Below the pieces are notes generated by a model. It saw only the letters and a program-made list of their open reading frames with translations, made no database searches and was not told the DNA's origin. 64,000 bases of DNA from contig NC_042998.1 in NCBI RefSeq assembly GCF_006345805.1, forward strand, positions 181,660,001-181,724,000, in the 5' to 3' direction. A program made the position numbers and the translations under genes. The DNA comes from Octopus sinensis (Eukaryota). Shown here one piece after another: positions 12,483-26,076 of this stretch (position 1 is its first letter; each line of letters begins with the position of its first letter).

Positions 12483-12707
12483 ACCTTTTTGTTACCATAT
12501 TCATTTTGAGATGCTCTGTGTTTCTTTCATTTAATTTTAAATATAACAAAGTATTTAGTAAAATAACTTAGTTGTCATTAAGCTAGTGTTAGGAACATAA
12601 ATTGTGACTAAGGTTTGGTGGAAGATTTTAATTCAAAACATGAAAACAAGACATTTGTACTACAGAGCCTGAGCCAGTTTCAGCCGGGTTGGTATCGAAA
12701 GGGTTAA
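12483..12707. mobile_element. piggyBac-like (TTAA) MITE
   Basis: Right end ggtatcgaaagggTTAA and decayed left end cctttttgttacc. A close second copy lies at 47391-47597. Confidence 0.7.
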
Positions 12708-14287
12708 GAAGTCTGCTGGTAAATGAGACCTAAGCGCTATTATCTACCATGATCTACATTGAACAAACATTTCTAAAATTGTCAAAGAGGCTGAAGGCAT
12801 TTTATTATCACCATGTCCTTTGTTAGTCACTCACCAGTTATAGCTGTATAGTTTCCATATCCAATCTGGAATCCTCATTTTTGGTCATAATGTTGATCTA
12901 CTACTGAGGCAGTGTTTATGTTTTATTTGTTTAGGTCTCCCATAATCAAAATGTTCAACAAAGATATAGAATAAGGTACTTTTGAAAAATATGAGTTGGT
13001 GTCTGGAAGAGCATTTGGCTATAGAATACACCCAATCTGTCTAGCATCAAAAAAATAGCTACAATAACTATGTTGACCACCACCCCCAGAGCCTTCTCTT
13101 CCAACATTATACTGTTACTGCCACTCATAGACCTAACTACACTCATTCTTGCCGATATTCAGCTGACATCTCCATTGTTATTGATCCCATTCCACCCACT
13201 ATTGTTACCTCTACTTCCAGCCAACATGAAAGTTTTTATTTGATCCCTCAAGCTGCTAAAAATAGCAACTAAACCTCCTTCAAATAGCATCCTACCATCT
13301 TTGAGAAAAAAAAAACATTCACACTGCATAATGTAGTCCAGAGTACATCATGCTTGAAAAAAGAAAGACAGGATGGCCGTGGCTGGAATACCTTTGACCA
13401 TAGGTCTACTCAATCAAGTTTGACTCGGACTAAACAACAGCTACTTTTTTGCCCCACCCAGATCACGTTTATGTTTACCACTTATTATCAGTTCCACACT
13501 ATTGATTTGTCACTATTTCCATTAATATTACTACTACCACTACTACCTTCACCTCACTACCTCTACTACCTTAGTACTCTTAACATTGAATACTAAAAGT
13601 TTTGAACTGGACACTTATTTTCCACTTTATGACTCTGCCCATCATACCATTACTTTCACTAAACCACCACTACTTCTAACACTACTACTGTCTATAAACT
13701 ACCATCACCATCATGTCAGCAGTGCAACAAGCTGGTGAAGAAGTTTCTATGTTGTCTTTGGTATGCTAGAAATAATAGTCAAACTTCTCTCCCAATCACA
13801 ATTTACTGTTTTGTGAAAGGAAGGATATTTTGGTTAATATAATGCAGGATGCACTCGATCTGAAAATTAAAGACTGAATAGTCACATTTGGAATGCTTTT
13901 TATAGGTCATCTCAAATTGATGTTGCCATGGAACTTATATACAACAACAGCAACAAATGCAGCTCCCACTTCTCTGATCACTCCTACCCCCATCACACCA
14001 GTACTAGTTCTATTAGGTAAAAATATAAACAGTCAGAAGAAATTTTTTCCACAGCATTCAAGCTTATCCAAACTCAAGATGTTCTCTATTTCCATCAGTT
14101 CACTTTACTTTATTGTTTTATTGAGTCTAGAATTAATTCTTTGAAAAGGCCTTTAGCCAGACACTCGGCCTTCAGCCAAACACTTGGCCCTGCATACAAA
14201 ACTGTTGCAGATTAAGCAGACTGGATGGCTGTAGAATTAACCAGAAAATGAAGACAAATTAGAAATAATATAAAAAAAACATATTAA

Positions 14288-14331
<44 letters not shown>

Positions 14332-14563
14332 AAACATCAGTAATGTAAAGGTTATGTGGAAGCGGGGAAAAGATCAGAAACAACACCAACACCAAAGAGA
14401 ATAGTTTTGCTATTTGCTTTCTACCAACTGAGATGTATGTTTTTCTTGGAAAGCAGGTTCTTAAATATAGTGTTGAAGCAGATCATATTTGCAACAGTAA
14501 AGAGAGGGGCAGGATTTGAGGTTTTGCAGCCAGTGAGGCAATTAAGTATGTAAATATGGCATA

Positions 14564-14998
14564 CTAGCAGCATAGCCCGGCGTTGCCCGGGTATGTAAGA
14601 GCCCCTAGTAGGCAACGACTAATCCCAATCTAGTCCTTTCCCTCTAGGGAACGAAGACGCATGTGTAGGTTGCAATGTCTTCTCTTCACTCCCAAATAAC
14701 TATTAAACAGCTATCGATAATTCAACCCAACCAATTCCTACCAGGAAGAAATTACATTCGAGACTTTACCCCCAACACTACTGCTAATAGCTGTTGCAGC
14801 CGCAAGTTATTCGAATACTTTTTCAGAACTGGGGGAACTTTTCAAAATTTTCACTGCGTTAGTTTTGAATTATGACATTGGGCTATGTGTGTGTCAAGTT
14901 TCATCAGAATCGGTTGAAAGCCGTGGTCAGGGTGAGGGTACAACCTGACAGACACACAGACACACAGACAGACAAACTGCCGTTTATATATAGAGAGA
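14564..14998 (-). mobile_element. Complete non-autonomous Helitron
   Basis: On the minus strand: A|TC start, a (gtct/gtgt) microsatellite near the 5' end, 3' hairpin cccgggcaacgccggg, and a CTAG|T end. No TSD. Confidence 0.88.
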
Positions 14999-15401
14999 TT
15001 GGATAATTTTTACTATAACTGGTAAAAATCACATGGAGTAGTTTGATGACAGAATTGGTAGGCTACTTGATGAAATCCTTATAGTATTAGGCCCTTTTAG
15101 ATTCTGGGATGCATCCTGCTGAAATAAACTCAGTCAGGAATCAATAAAATAAAGGCCAATTGAATATCATTGGGGCGGGAGATGTCCTAAAGCAGCATAG
15201 TTCACTCTAAAAATTTATGTAATTGCACTAATATAAGAAATCGTTATCATCATTATTTTTCTTATTTGTCAAAGATTTGATAAGTACCAGTCAAAAACTG
15301 GGTCATTTTAATCAAATCTGTCCATACCCATCACCTCAAAAATTTATGACTGTTCAGAATTTAGAACTCTTTATCATTATTATCAAAAGGCTTTGTATCT
15401 T

Positions 15402-15625
15402 ATCATCATCATCATCATCATCATCTTCATCATATAGCGTCTGCTTTCCATGCTAGCATGGGTTGGACGGTTCAACTGGGGTCTGGGAAGCCAGAATGCT
15501 GCAACAGGCCCAGTCTGATCTGGCAGAGTTTCTACGGCTGGATGCCCTTCCTAATGCCAACCACTCCATGAGTGTAGTGGATGCTTTTTACGTGCCACCG
15601 GCACAGGTGCCAGATGGGGCTGGGT
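15402..15625 (-). mobile_element. Family A element
   Basis: (cat)n tail and conserved gatgcccttcctaatgccaaccactcc body. Confidence 0.85.
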
Positions 15626-15956
15626 GATGAGCTGGCAGAATCGTTGGCATGCTGAGCAAAATGCTTAGCAGTATTGTAAGTGGAATTATATAGAAACTAT
15701 ATGGAAGCTTGTATCACAGAATCATCACACGGAATCAAGTATGATTTGATAGAATTTACCACCTTTTGCTAATTGATTTTGCTGCAGTAGCAAACAGACA
15801 TTGACAACCTCTCATCCCCCTTTTCTCTTGATCCAGCAGAACATGGAATGTGGTGACAAATTGTGTCCTGGCTCAAGGAGACAGTGTGCCACCAGGACCA
15901 GGAACTGAACATTCGACATTTGAGATATATCAGTATATAACATATAACTGTCAATC

Positions 15957-16853
15957 TGTCAGTTACCACAAGTATTCCAGTTGATCTGATCAATAGAACA
16001 GTCTGCTTGTGAAATTAATATTCAAGTAGCTGAGCACTCCACAGACACATACATCAACCCCAGTGTGTAACTGGTACTTATTTAATCGACCCCGAAAGGA
16101 TGAAAAGCAAAGTCGACCTCGGCGGAATTTGAACTCAGAACGTAGCGGCAGACGAAATACCTATTTCTTTATTACCCACAAGGGGCTAAACACAGAGGGG
16201 ACAAACAAGGACAGACATAGGTATTAAGTCGATTACATCGACCCCAGTGCGTAACTGGTACTTAATTTATCGACCCCGAAAGGATGAAAGGCAAAGTCGA
16301 CCTCGGCAGAATTTGAACTCACAACGTAACGCAGACGAAATACCGCTAAGCATTTCGCCTGGCGTGCTAATGTTTCTACCAGCTCGACACAGACACATAC
16401 CTATTTCTTTACTACCCGCAAGGGGCTAAACACAGAGGGGACAAACAAGGACAAACGGATTAAGTCGATTACATCAACCCCAGTGCGTAACTGGTACTTA
16501 TTTAATCGACCCCGAAAGGATGAAAGGCAAAGTTGACCTCAGCGGAATTTGAACTCAGAACGTAGCAGCAGATGAAATACCACTCAGCATTTCACCCAGC
16601 GTGCTAACGTTTCTGCCAGCTCGCTGCAGACACATACCCTTAACATAGTTCTCAGGGAGATTCAGCATGACACAGAGTGTGACATGGCTAGCCCTTTGAA
16701 TTACAGATACATCTCATTTTTGTCAGCTGAATGAACTGGAGCAACATGAAATAAAGTGTCTTGCCCAAGGACACAACATGCCGCCAGGAATCAAACACAT
16801 AATCTTACGATCATGAGCTGAATCCCCTAACCACTAAGCCATGCACCTTCACA
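15957..16853 (-). mobile_element. SINE family C interrupted by a family D array
   Basis: Matches the reverse complement of 3104-3426 on both sides of 16050-16626. The tRNA-like head lies at about 16780-16853. Confidence 0.85.
16050..16626 (-). mobile_element. Array of three SINE family D units (one partial, two near full length)
   Basis: Units at 16050-16160, 16161-16386 and 16401-16626. The target sequence cagacacatac is present at 16042, 16390 and 16627. Confidence 0.9.
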
Positions 16854-17456
16854 TATAACATATACTGTTAATAAAATGAGTACCAAGTATGGTGTCAATT
16901 TAACCAACTATATTTCCCCTATAAGTGTAGAAAATCATTCTTTTTTTCATAATTCTGAGAATGTTAGAGACAGCCAAGACAGTAAAGTAGTGCTATGCTA
17001 AATGATTACCTTACACAAAGACACTACACAATACTTATCATAACCTTTCTCAGGGGTGATTAGTTGGCATTGAATTGGATAATCAATCATATAACAGTTA
17101 TAATTATAGAATAATTAAATTCAAACTACTAATAGACAACATGTTAGCATCTGTAATCTGTGCTTATAGCTCACAAGTAGAATTGACAGATGTGTAAGAT
17201 GACAACTTGATTCTGTGAGGCTCTTTTTGTACAAGCTAATACAAAAATTGAAGACAAGAGTATTGTCATTATAGCTGTCGAATATAATGGTCGTGCTGTG
17301 AAAGTGGCATGCAAGAAATAAAGTCAAATCAACTTCAGAAAGCCAGCCAGCCAGTCAGCTTGTAATCTAGCAATCAGGTGGGTGTGAGAGCCAGATTAGC
17401 TGTGTACCAACTGGAAAATTAAACTATGTTTGGATATGAACACTGTATGTGTGTGT

Positions 17457-17490
<34 letters not shown>

Positions 17491-17499
17491 CACTATAGA

Positions 17500-18185
17500 T
17501 TAGTGGGTAGTGACTTTATATAGCAGACAAAGTAGATATAGAAGCAAAATATAAATAGAAAAAGAAAAGTATAGAAGTTAAGTTTACTGTGTTAAATGAA
17601 ACTTGGGTAATTCATATTACACTTGGAAGGAGAAAATATAGAAATGTGATAGAGGACAGTTGGACATTCCTATGAGGCACTTTGTTATTTGAATGGAGCA
17701 AAGTGGAACGTTATGAAATAGTGCAATGAATAGCTATTAGAAAGAGCTGAAGAATGGAAGTTGCATGGGAAGGTGTATTTAGGTTGGAGAAAATCTGAGA
17801 GTAGATGGTGCTGTGTATTAATGTTCTGTACTGGAGGCTCAATGGCAAGAATTGTTCAACAGGCCGAAAAAACAAATGTGGAGAAGTATGTTTGATTGAA
17901 TTAAGATATTATTGAGGATTTCAGTAGTAGCAGGAAGTAAAAGACAGAAATGCTATTGTGAGAGATTTTTGAATGATGAATGTAGTTGGGATAGCAAATG
18001 ACTAATCTAGGTGGGCCCACCAGAGGAACCTGCTATTGAGGTCTATTATAGTTATTGAAGACAATAAAAGATATAAAAACAAGGAAAGTAGCAAGTTCAT
18101 CCATGATGGCTGCTGAGATATTGAAAGCATAAAGCCATGTCAGTTAAATTCTAGTTGTGGTCTTCCTTAATCAAATTCTTATTGC
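17500..18185 (+). mobile_element. Highly decayed RTE LINE fragment (pre-RT region)
   Basis: 18010-18130 resembles the EGPAI...IKDMKTGKAPGPSG.TAEMLK region, which is also present at about 1460-1590 (-). Confidence 0.5.
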
Positions 18186-19546
18186 TTAAACCCAGATCAA
18201 ATCAGATCCTGTAAGCTCGTGATCAAATATACACTCATCATGCCTTTTGAGACTTGATCTTTTGGATTGAGTTTCAAAAATATCTGAAGGTGTGTTAGTA
18301 CTTAGTGGACTCTTGAAATGAATTCCATAAATTACTTGACTGCTTACTAAGCATATTTTATAGATTCCATTACTTAGGTGATGTAATATCAGTTTCAGTA
18401 CAGGAAACATCAAAAGATTTTAATGATTTGTTGTCTCTTGTGACAACTAAGAGTTTCTTATATATTAAATATAGACTGTTTGAAGCATGTGTACAACATA
18501 TGAGGCTGCTGGGAATAAAACATGATTGTGGAAGATATATGGAGGAGGGGAGGCTGGATTGTAATCAGATGTGATAAGTTTCATTAGATGTGATATGTCA
18601 ACCTGCATGAAAGGTTCAGTACTAGTAGTTAGATATTAAAAACACCATCAAAATGTATAGGAAAGATGATTACACTACTAGGGACACACGATGGCAATAG
18701 ACTATGAGTACTGGGTTAAAAAGTACCATGTACTATCAGTGAACTCTTCCTGTAATAGAAGAAATGTGAGGTAAAATTTCAAAATACTAGGACTCAGGAA
18801 ATGATGTAAAACTGATATGTTAGGTAACATGATCTACAGGAGCACTTTCCAATTCATGTCTGCATGGAAAAATAGATTTTAAAGTAATGGTGATTTGGTC
18901 CAAATATGCAAGTGTCTGAATTTACAATTTCAGAATAGAGATACAGGAAGACGGTGTATTTAAGCTTTCAGTTAGTTTCGAGCTAGTGTCAACAAAATAA
19001 TAATAGACGACATATTGCACAATGTGTATGCAAATTGAGAAATATTGCTGACCAATTGTTTGAAGAAGTTAGACTAAAGCACTAGACTATTCAGGTTGTG
19101 GACTCTATAGTTTAAAAATATAATAATGTATGTATTAGTCAGCATAATTTTTTGTTCATCACAGAGCAAAGAGAAAATATTGGATATGTCAACATTAGTT
19201 GAAATATTACCTTCAGTGTCTTTTTTGTGTTATAAAAATAGTTACAATAGCACTGACAATAGAGCTGTCAGAGCTTTCAGATGAGGCCTTCATTCATTTC
19301 CAGTGTGTCAACTATCTGGATCAGAGATAAGGAACATATTTTAGTAAGGGTTTGAGAATCTGTAAGAACCTAATTGTATTGGGAAAAATAATAGTGCTTT
19401 AATTTTACAAATTCAATGGTATGCAATTTATATTAAATTATTGTTTTTAGCCTTAACTGTTTTCTTATGAATTGCAAGTCAAATTTCATTTATAGATGAG
19501 TACTTCAACCCTATCCAGGATAATCAGGAAATTATTTTCACTTCAT

Positions 19547-19801
19547 ATCATCATCATCGTTTAATGTCCGTTTTCCGTGCTAGCACGGGTTGGACGGTTC
19601 GACTGGTGTCTGGGAAGCCAGGAGGCTGCACCAGGCTCCAATCTGATCTGGCAGTGTTTCTACAGCTGGATGCCCTTCCTAACGCCAACCACTCCATGAG
19701 TGTAGTGGGTGCTTTTTACATGCCACTGGCATAGGTGCCAGGGGAGGCTGGCAGCGGCCACGATTGGTTGGTGCTTTTTACGTGCCACCGGCACAGAAGC
19801 C
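19547..19801 (-). mobile_element. Family A element
   Basis: (cat)n tail, conserved body and two repeat units. Confidence 0.87.
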
Positions 19802-19806
19802 ATGAA

Positions 19807-20620
19807 CAAAGCTTCAGATCAAAGAAAAGGACCAAGTAAACTTTAAGAGTACTCTTGATGACAAAATCAATGTTAGAATATCTAAAACTACAAGTGCTTT
19901 TGGAAAACTTTCCCATTGTTTGTGGGATAAACATGGTGTCGGTCTGAAAACTAAAATAAGTGTATACAAATCTTGTATTTTGAGCACACTTTTGTGTGGG
20001 AAAGAAGCATGGACTCCCTACTACAGACTTATGAAAACAAAAATTGAAACATTTTTCATGTGCTATCTCTGCAGTATCTGCAACATAAAATAGCAAGATA
20101 AGGTATCAAATGTCAAAATTTTAGAAAAATGTGATATTTCCAGTATTAAAAGCATGTTCTTGAGAATTCAGTACAGATGAGTAGGACATGTTGTTTGAAC
20201 AAAAGATGATCACACTCTAGAAATTCTTTTGTATGGCCAGCAAGTGGAGGATATCATGGTAGGATGACCTATCCTTAGGTATAAGGTTAAGTTGAAGCAG
20301 TCACTAAAATCTTTACAGCTTAATTTGACATCTTGGAAAAGTTATTGCCTAGATCAATTTGCATAGCATAAAATGTGTGATGATGCATCAAAACAATTTG
20401 AGTTGAAGAAACAAAACAATAAAAGAATTATATCCTGCAGTCAAAGGACACACTTGCTCAACAATCCCAGGCAAAATTAAAATCATCAGTGACTACATTA
20501 TGACTTCATAGCAAAATCCGTACCTGAACTCAAATTACATTCACACAACCATCACAAATAGATGCAGCTTCTTTAATTTCCAATCCTTTCCTTCAAGCAC
20601 TCATACATCAAAATCAACAG
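19807..20620 (+). mobile_element. Decayed RTE (BovB-like) LINE C-terminal fragment
   Basis: Translates in pieces to LDDKINVRISKTTSAFGKL and HGVGLKTKISVYKSCILSTLLCG. Collinear with 42130-42840. Confidence 0.75.
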
Positions 20621-21439
20621 GAGTGATCATTATTATTAGTAGTAGTGCTATTGCTATTATATTAGGTCAGTGCACTGTTGGAACTGTTTGTGTTGGAGAA
20701 AATACCTTGTGGTATTTGTTCTTGTTCTAGCTCTTTACACATCTCTTTCCTCCATACAAACTCAGTTATGGAAATGTATATGTGTATGTGTATTTACATA
20801 TATATGTATAACTGCAAAATTGATGAAGAAATATAAAAACAAGACAAAAACTGGGTGTAGTTATTAAGTTAAAGCTCAAGCAATATAAACAGTCTTTGAT
20901 GTTTTAAGTTAAACCATTTTCATGAAGTAGAATGAGAGAAATCTACCAACTCCCTCTCCTGCCTTAACTTCATCTTCTCCTATCCACACCCTTATAACAA
21001 ATACTCCATCATCCCTTATTAAATTCCACTTCATTTGCCAGTTCTTTTGCAGTGACTGTGATTTCAAGACAGTCTCAACACATAGCCTATTTTATTCAGC
21101 TCACATACAGCCCAAGCCACCAGCACCTGTGAAGTTAGCTACATCTCTACCCTCCCTACCTTGCTTTCCCTCTTGACTATCATCTTTGAATGAACAGAGA
21201 CAATGGAGAGCAGTGGGGACTTCCTTTTGTCTTTCAGGGTATAAAAGCAACCTCCCTAGTGCTGGTACTATGATGAAATGCACCAAATACTCCATAAGGT
21301 AGTTGACAAATGAGGAGAGATATCATATTATCTAGAGGACACTTCATTCTTGAGAAGACCGATGATATGAGACTCCGTGCTTGAGAAAACCTGTGATATG
21401 AGATCCTAAAAGCATATAGTTTACATCTATGCCCCTGCA

Positions 21440-22410
21440 CCCAATTTGTTCCTTCAAGCCTTCTTAATAACCAATGTTTATAACACCTGTCCCTTTTTCA
21501 CTCCTGTAACTATGACACTATTTCGTCATCGGCTATGGTTATTTGAGAGCAGAAGTGCACATTTTCTGTCCCACCCTTTTTTTTCCCTCACAGTTATCTC
21601 TCTCTTTGGAACCACTCCCTTTGTCACACATTCCACACTTCCAACATCATCCCTTACCACTTTATTTCCACTGAAAGTCCCTTTCCCCTGAACACCTTGT
21701 CATATCTACCATCAACACCTTCATTTAGTCTATAACCACCCCTATGTGCCTTTGGCCTCTTTTCCTGTCATTGTGCATTTTTCTCTCTTCATACTTCTCA
21801 TTACGTCTCTATTTATCATGTATCTACAGTTTTATTATACTGTAGCATCTCCCTAACCCACTCCTATTTTCTTTACTTTTTCCAAAACTAAGATTCACAA
21901 TTTTCACCTCCACCCATGTTCACTGCTTTCACTTTTATTCTTATCTTTGATCATCTCCTTTCACACTCTTGCAAACTTACCCACCCAACCTCCTTTGATT
22001 CTTTGTCCCTTTTCTCTCTTTATCCACCTTCTCATACCTTAAAGGTATTCCTTAATACCTCATCTCCACCATCCTTTCTCTCCTGCTGAGGTAGCCATGT
22101 AGCTCCTCTGCAACAAGACACCTGTTCCTGTTCCTCATATTTTAGACTCTCAACACCTTCCACAAAGCCACCTTCCCCAATACTGCCCCTTCCCCAACTC
22201 TGTCAAGGGTCTTGTCTTGAAAGTTACTTGGTAACCTCATTGGTGTTGGTACCATGGAAAATATACAGGTTACATTCTATAATGTTATTTGTGTTAGGAA
22301 AGGCATCCATTCATAAAAAATCATGCCAAAGCAGACACTGCAGCTTAGTGGTGTCCTTTGACTCATTGGATCCTACTAACCTATTTAGCATAGAATATGA
22401 ACATTAAATG
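21440..22410 (+). mobile_element. Old RTE 3' UTR with family A-like tail
   Basis: Pyrimidine-rich tract with caagacacctgtt, then gttaggaaaggcatcc...catgccaaagcagac. Confidence 0.55.
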
Positions 22411-23066
22411 TGTGTATGTGTGGGTGTATGTATGTTGCTAAATGTCAAGTGAATGAAAACAGGAGTGTTCAATACTTGCTGTTGAGGATATGGTATTTAA
22501 TGAAACTCAAGTTATTGAGACAACTCTCAGCTTCAGTTTCAATTAAAACATATGTCTGCTGCATAAATGAGGGTATATATGCATATGTATATGCGTATGC
22601 CACCAAAAAGCTCTGAATAGGTGCGTCCTAAAGAAAAACAGATTTGCTTTTCAAAATCTGTGTCAAGGAGAAGATTTTTGAAGATTAACAATCACAAAAT
22701 ATAATTTGCTACAAGAAATAACTTAACTTCCAGACTGCCGACATTGAATGTCTCTAAAAGCTGCCATTTTAAACTCGTGATTACCTGGATGTGTGTGTGT
22801 GTGTGTGTGTGTGATGTGTCTTATAACTGTCTTTCTATCTACCTCTCTCTTTCTCGCTGTGTCTTTATGCTTTTTCTCTCTCTATGTATATTTGCCACAC
22901 TCTCACTTTGTATGTCTCTCGTGCATGCTGCATATCTCTCTTTTGATATGAGATGTAATGCAAATCAGTCATTGGAGACATGCAAGTCTATGTGCCTTTC
23001 TCTGTCTATCTCTGTATTTTAAACTTTTCTCACTATAATCTCTCCCCTTCTATCTATATATATTCA

Positions 23067-23140
<74 letters not shown>

Positions 23141-23146
<6 letters not shown>

Positions 23147-23461
23147 TATCCCATAAATAATGTGTTTTTTTTATACTTCTTTTATATACAGCATTAATAT
23201 TCTTCACACTTTCCATTGTGTTGTTGCCTTTATTGAACACATAAAGCAAAATATGCCGAATATGCTCCTTTGTTATTTCCATTATAGCTTTGAAAAAATA
23301 ACTGTTAAAATCGAACTGCACTCTTCAAAACTTGCACCAAGAATAAGGACAAGGTAAAATTGCTACCTGCTTTTATAGCAAGCTGATGCAGGGAGTCTAT
23401 CCTGTCCCCCTCTGACTTTTAGTTCATGCAATTGAAAAAACTGCATTATTTATGGGATGAC

Positions 23462-23466
<5 letters not shown>
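23141..23466 (-). mobile_element. Mariner-derived MITE in (TA)n
   Basis: TIRs ggttatcccataaataatg and cattatttatgggatgacc. The minus frame encodes the mariner N-terminus MEITKEHIRHILLYVFNKG. Confidence 0.88.
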
Positions 23467-23522
<56 letters not shown>

Positions 23523-23759
23523 CTGTGTTTGTGTATGTTTGTATATGTGTGTGTGTATGTGAGTGCATGTGTATGAGGAAGTTCATGAGGTTGACAAAGT
23601 CACCTCACAAAAGCATCAGCACAAGCTCAGGAGGCACAAAACATCAGTAGAAAGTTCAGGAAATATCCAAACTGAGAAGGAATATGTAGATCTGATGATA
23701 TGCGAACATGAGTCTCTGTCAAACAGGCATAAGATTTATTGATTAGATTATAAGCACAG

Positions 23760-24167
23760 ACGAGCCTCCAATGTACACACTCTGGAGACTATGTCCCACT
23801 TCAATTCAAACAACTTCAGTTTCCAGTGAGTCTTAGTTTTGCCTAAAACCTTCAACAAATCACAAGCGGAAACATTTTCAGTTGCCAGTTTACACCTTGA
23901 AGAACTCTGCTTCACCCATGGTCAGCTTTGCATTGCATGTTCAAGAGTAGGAAGTAAGAAATATATTTACATCTATGCACCTGATGGAGAAATAAAAAAT
24001 TTCGTTTATCAAGGCATTTATAAATTACCCCGAATAATGTAGAAATCCACCCTGATCAAGAGAGCTATCTATCAGAAAAGACATGGTCAGACATGGAATA
24101 AAAAAAAAATGAAAATACAGACATTTTATTGTGAAAATTGCCCAGCAATGATGGGCTACTCAGCTAG
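23760..24167 (+). mobile_element. Helitron 3' portion with PIF1-like helicase C-terminus (5' boundary uncertain)
   Basis: QFPVSLSFA*TFNKSQAET...CFTHGQLCIACSRVG, followed by hairpin gccca/tgggc at 24140-24156 and CTAG|T at 24164-24168. Confidence 0.85.
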
Positions 24168-24254
24168 TATATATATATATATAAATATGTGTGTGTGTGT
24201 GTGTATTCAAGCATTGGGCTTCACAGAGACAATGTGGTTGATGCTGGTGTCACA

Positions 24255-24451
24255 TTATTGGCACCTGTGCTGGTGGCATGTAAAAGCACCTGTTACACTC
24301 TCAGAGTGGTTGGCATTAAGAAGGGCATCAAGCTGTAGAAACCATGCCAAATCAGACTGGAGTCTGGTGCAGCGCCTCTGCTTACCAGCCCTGGTCAAAG
24401 CTTCCAGTCCATACCAGCATGGACAGAGGACATTAAACAATGATGATGATG
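24255..24451 (+). mobile_element. Family A element
   Basis: ggtggcatgtaaaagcacc...aagggcatcaagctgtagaaacc...(atg)n. Confidence 0.82.
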
Positions 24452-24469
24452 AGATATATATATATATAT

Positions 24470-24808
24470 ACTCTTTTACTCTTTTACTTGTTTTTGACTG
24501 CGGCCATGCTGGAGCACTGCTTTTAGACTTATTCTTTGTAAGCCCAGTACTTATTCTATCGGTCTCTTTTGCCGAACTGCTAAGCGATGGGGACGTAAAC
24601 ACACCAGCATCGGTTGTCAAGCAATGCTAGGGGGACAAACACAGACACACAAACACATACACACACATACATACATATATATATACATATATACGACAGG
24701 CTTCTTTCAGTTTCCTTCTACCAAATCCACTCACAAGGCATTGGTCGGCCCGGGGCTATAGCAGAAGACACTTGCCCAAGATGCCACGCAGTGGGACTGA
24801 ACCCGGAA
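24470..24808 (-). mobile_element. SINE family B, 5'-truncated
   Basis: Reverse complement of 35175-35540, including the (aaaagagt) tail. Confidence 0.85.
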
Positions 24809-24815
24809 CATACAT

Positions 24816-24846
<31 letters not shown>

Positions 24847-25597
24847 TGCACACGCGCACACAACTCCTTATGGGCATCCATTTACCATCATCCATATATT
24901 TTATTCAATGTGCAAAACATTCTGTGATTAAGTTATTTGCATTTTACATATTATTTTTGTGTATGTGTTTTTATAAATCTCTCTACTCTGTATGTGTATT
25001 TATGTAGCCATGTCTGTAGCGTGTCTGTATTTCTATAGATTTCATTCCTATGTTTCTTAGTGTTTCTTTCACCATTTCACATGTTTGTGTGTGTGTGCAT
25101 TTCTGTCAGTGTGTTTCCAATGTGAGTGTATTCTGGAGCTGTTTCCAGTATATGTGCATGTGTTTCATTAGCTGTCTCATTTAGTATGTATCTGTTTTCT
25201 TTGGCTGTGTCTCTAGTGTGTCTGAGTGTGTATTGTTATGTATGTATTGCTAGTGATATTGGCTTGAGTGTGTGATGTACATACACACATATATGCGTAC
25301 ACACATGCATATACACAATCATAGGCACACTCACACATATGCATATGTTTTCTTGTATTCTTGTCGACAGTTTATTGTAGCATCTGTGGTAAATATGAAG
25401 ACATTTATCAATTATCAATTATCAAATTCAATATTTTGTTTAAATTCTAATTAATCTGCAGGTTATTTGACTATTTATTATTGGCAGCCATAGTTTTTTG
25501 TTTATTTTTTCCCAGTCAAAATGGCTATACACTCCTTATTTAAAAGTTCAATATCTGAGTACATTTCAGCAAAAGTAATGTACAAATTAATTGTGAA

Positions 25598-25630
<33 letters not shown>

Positions 25631-25956
25631 ACTAGTGATTTCATTGGCTGTTCATGTGACACAATAGCAACATTTGTTCAATAATACCAGTGTAGTGTTA
25701 GTGCAGAAAGCAAACCCAGGTAAGATGCTGTCTAGTTTGGAGTTGCATCATTTGAGATCCAATCTTTGTAGAACTAATTTGAAAATTTCTAAGTTCAATT
25801 TTAATCTCTTAATCTTTATATACACTGACCTACTACTGGCTGTGCTTGTTGTTTAGCCCCATGTTGACCTTGATCAGGCAGACATATAATTAAAGCATAT
25901 CAGCCATGACAATGAGACTGTAGATATGCGATGCATTACACATATATACGTGTAGG

Positions 25957-26076
25957 GGCCACAAGTTCTACAAGCTCGTCAACCTACATAAAGTCAAGGA
26001 GAGCTACTCCTGCTAGCTGCCCTCTAGGAGGATCCTGCCTCTCAAGGCCTGTAGTCTACAGAGCCACACTCACATC
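25957..26076 (+). mobile_element. Penelope-like element coding fragment (RT/GIY-YIG linker, internally deleted)
   Basis: GHKFYKLVNLHKVKESYSC, then in another frame CPLGGSCLSRPVVYRATL. These match the H..KIFN...K.SYSC and CPL.G.CL...VY.A motifs of Penelope-like elements. Confidence 0.65.

Noticed and set aside
24109-24931. Long ORFs of 105-173 aa
   Set aside because: They cross Helitron, family A and family B boundaries, and the same peptides recur at every repeat copy.
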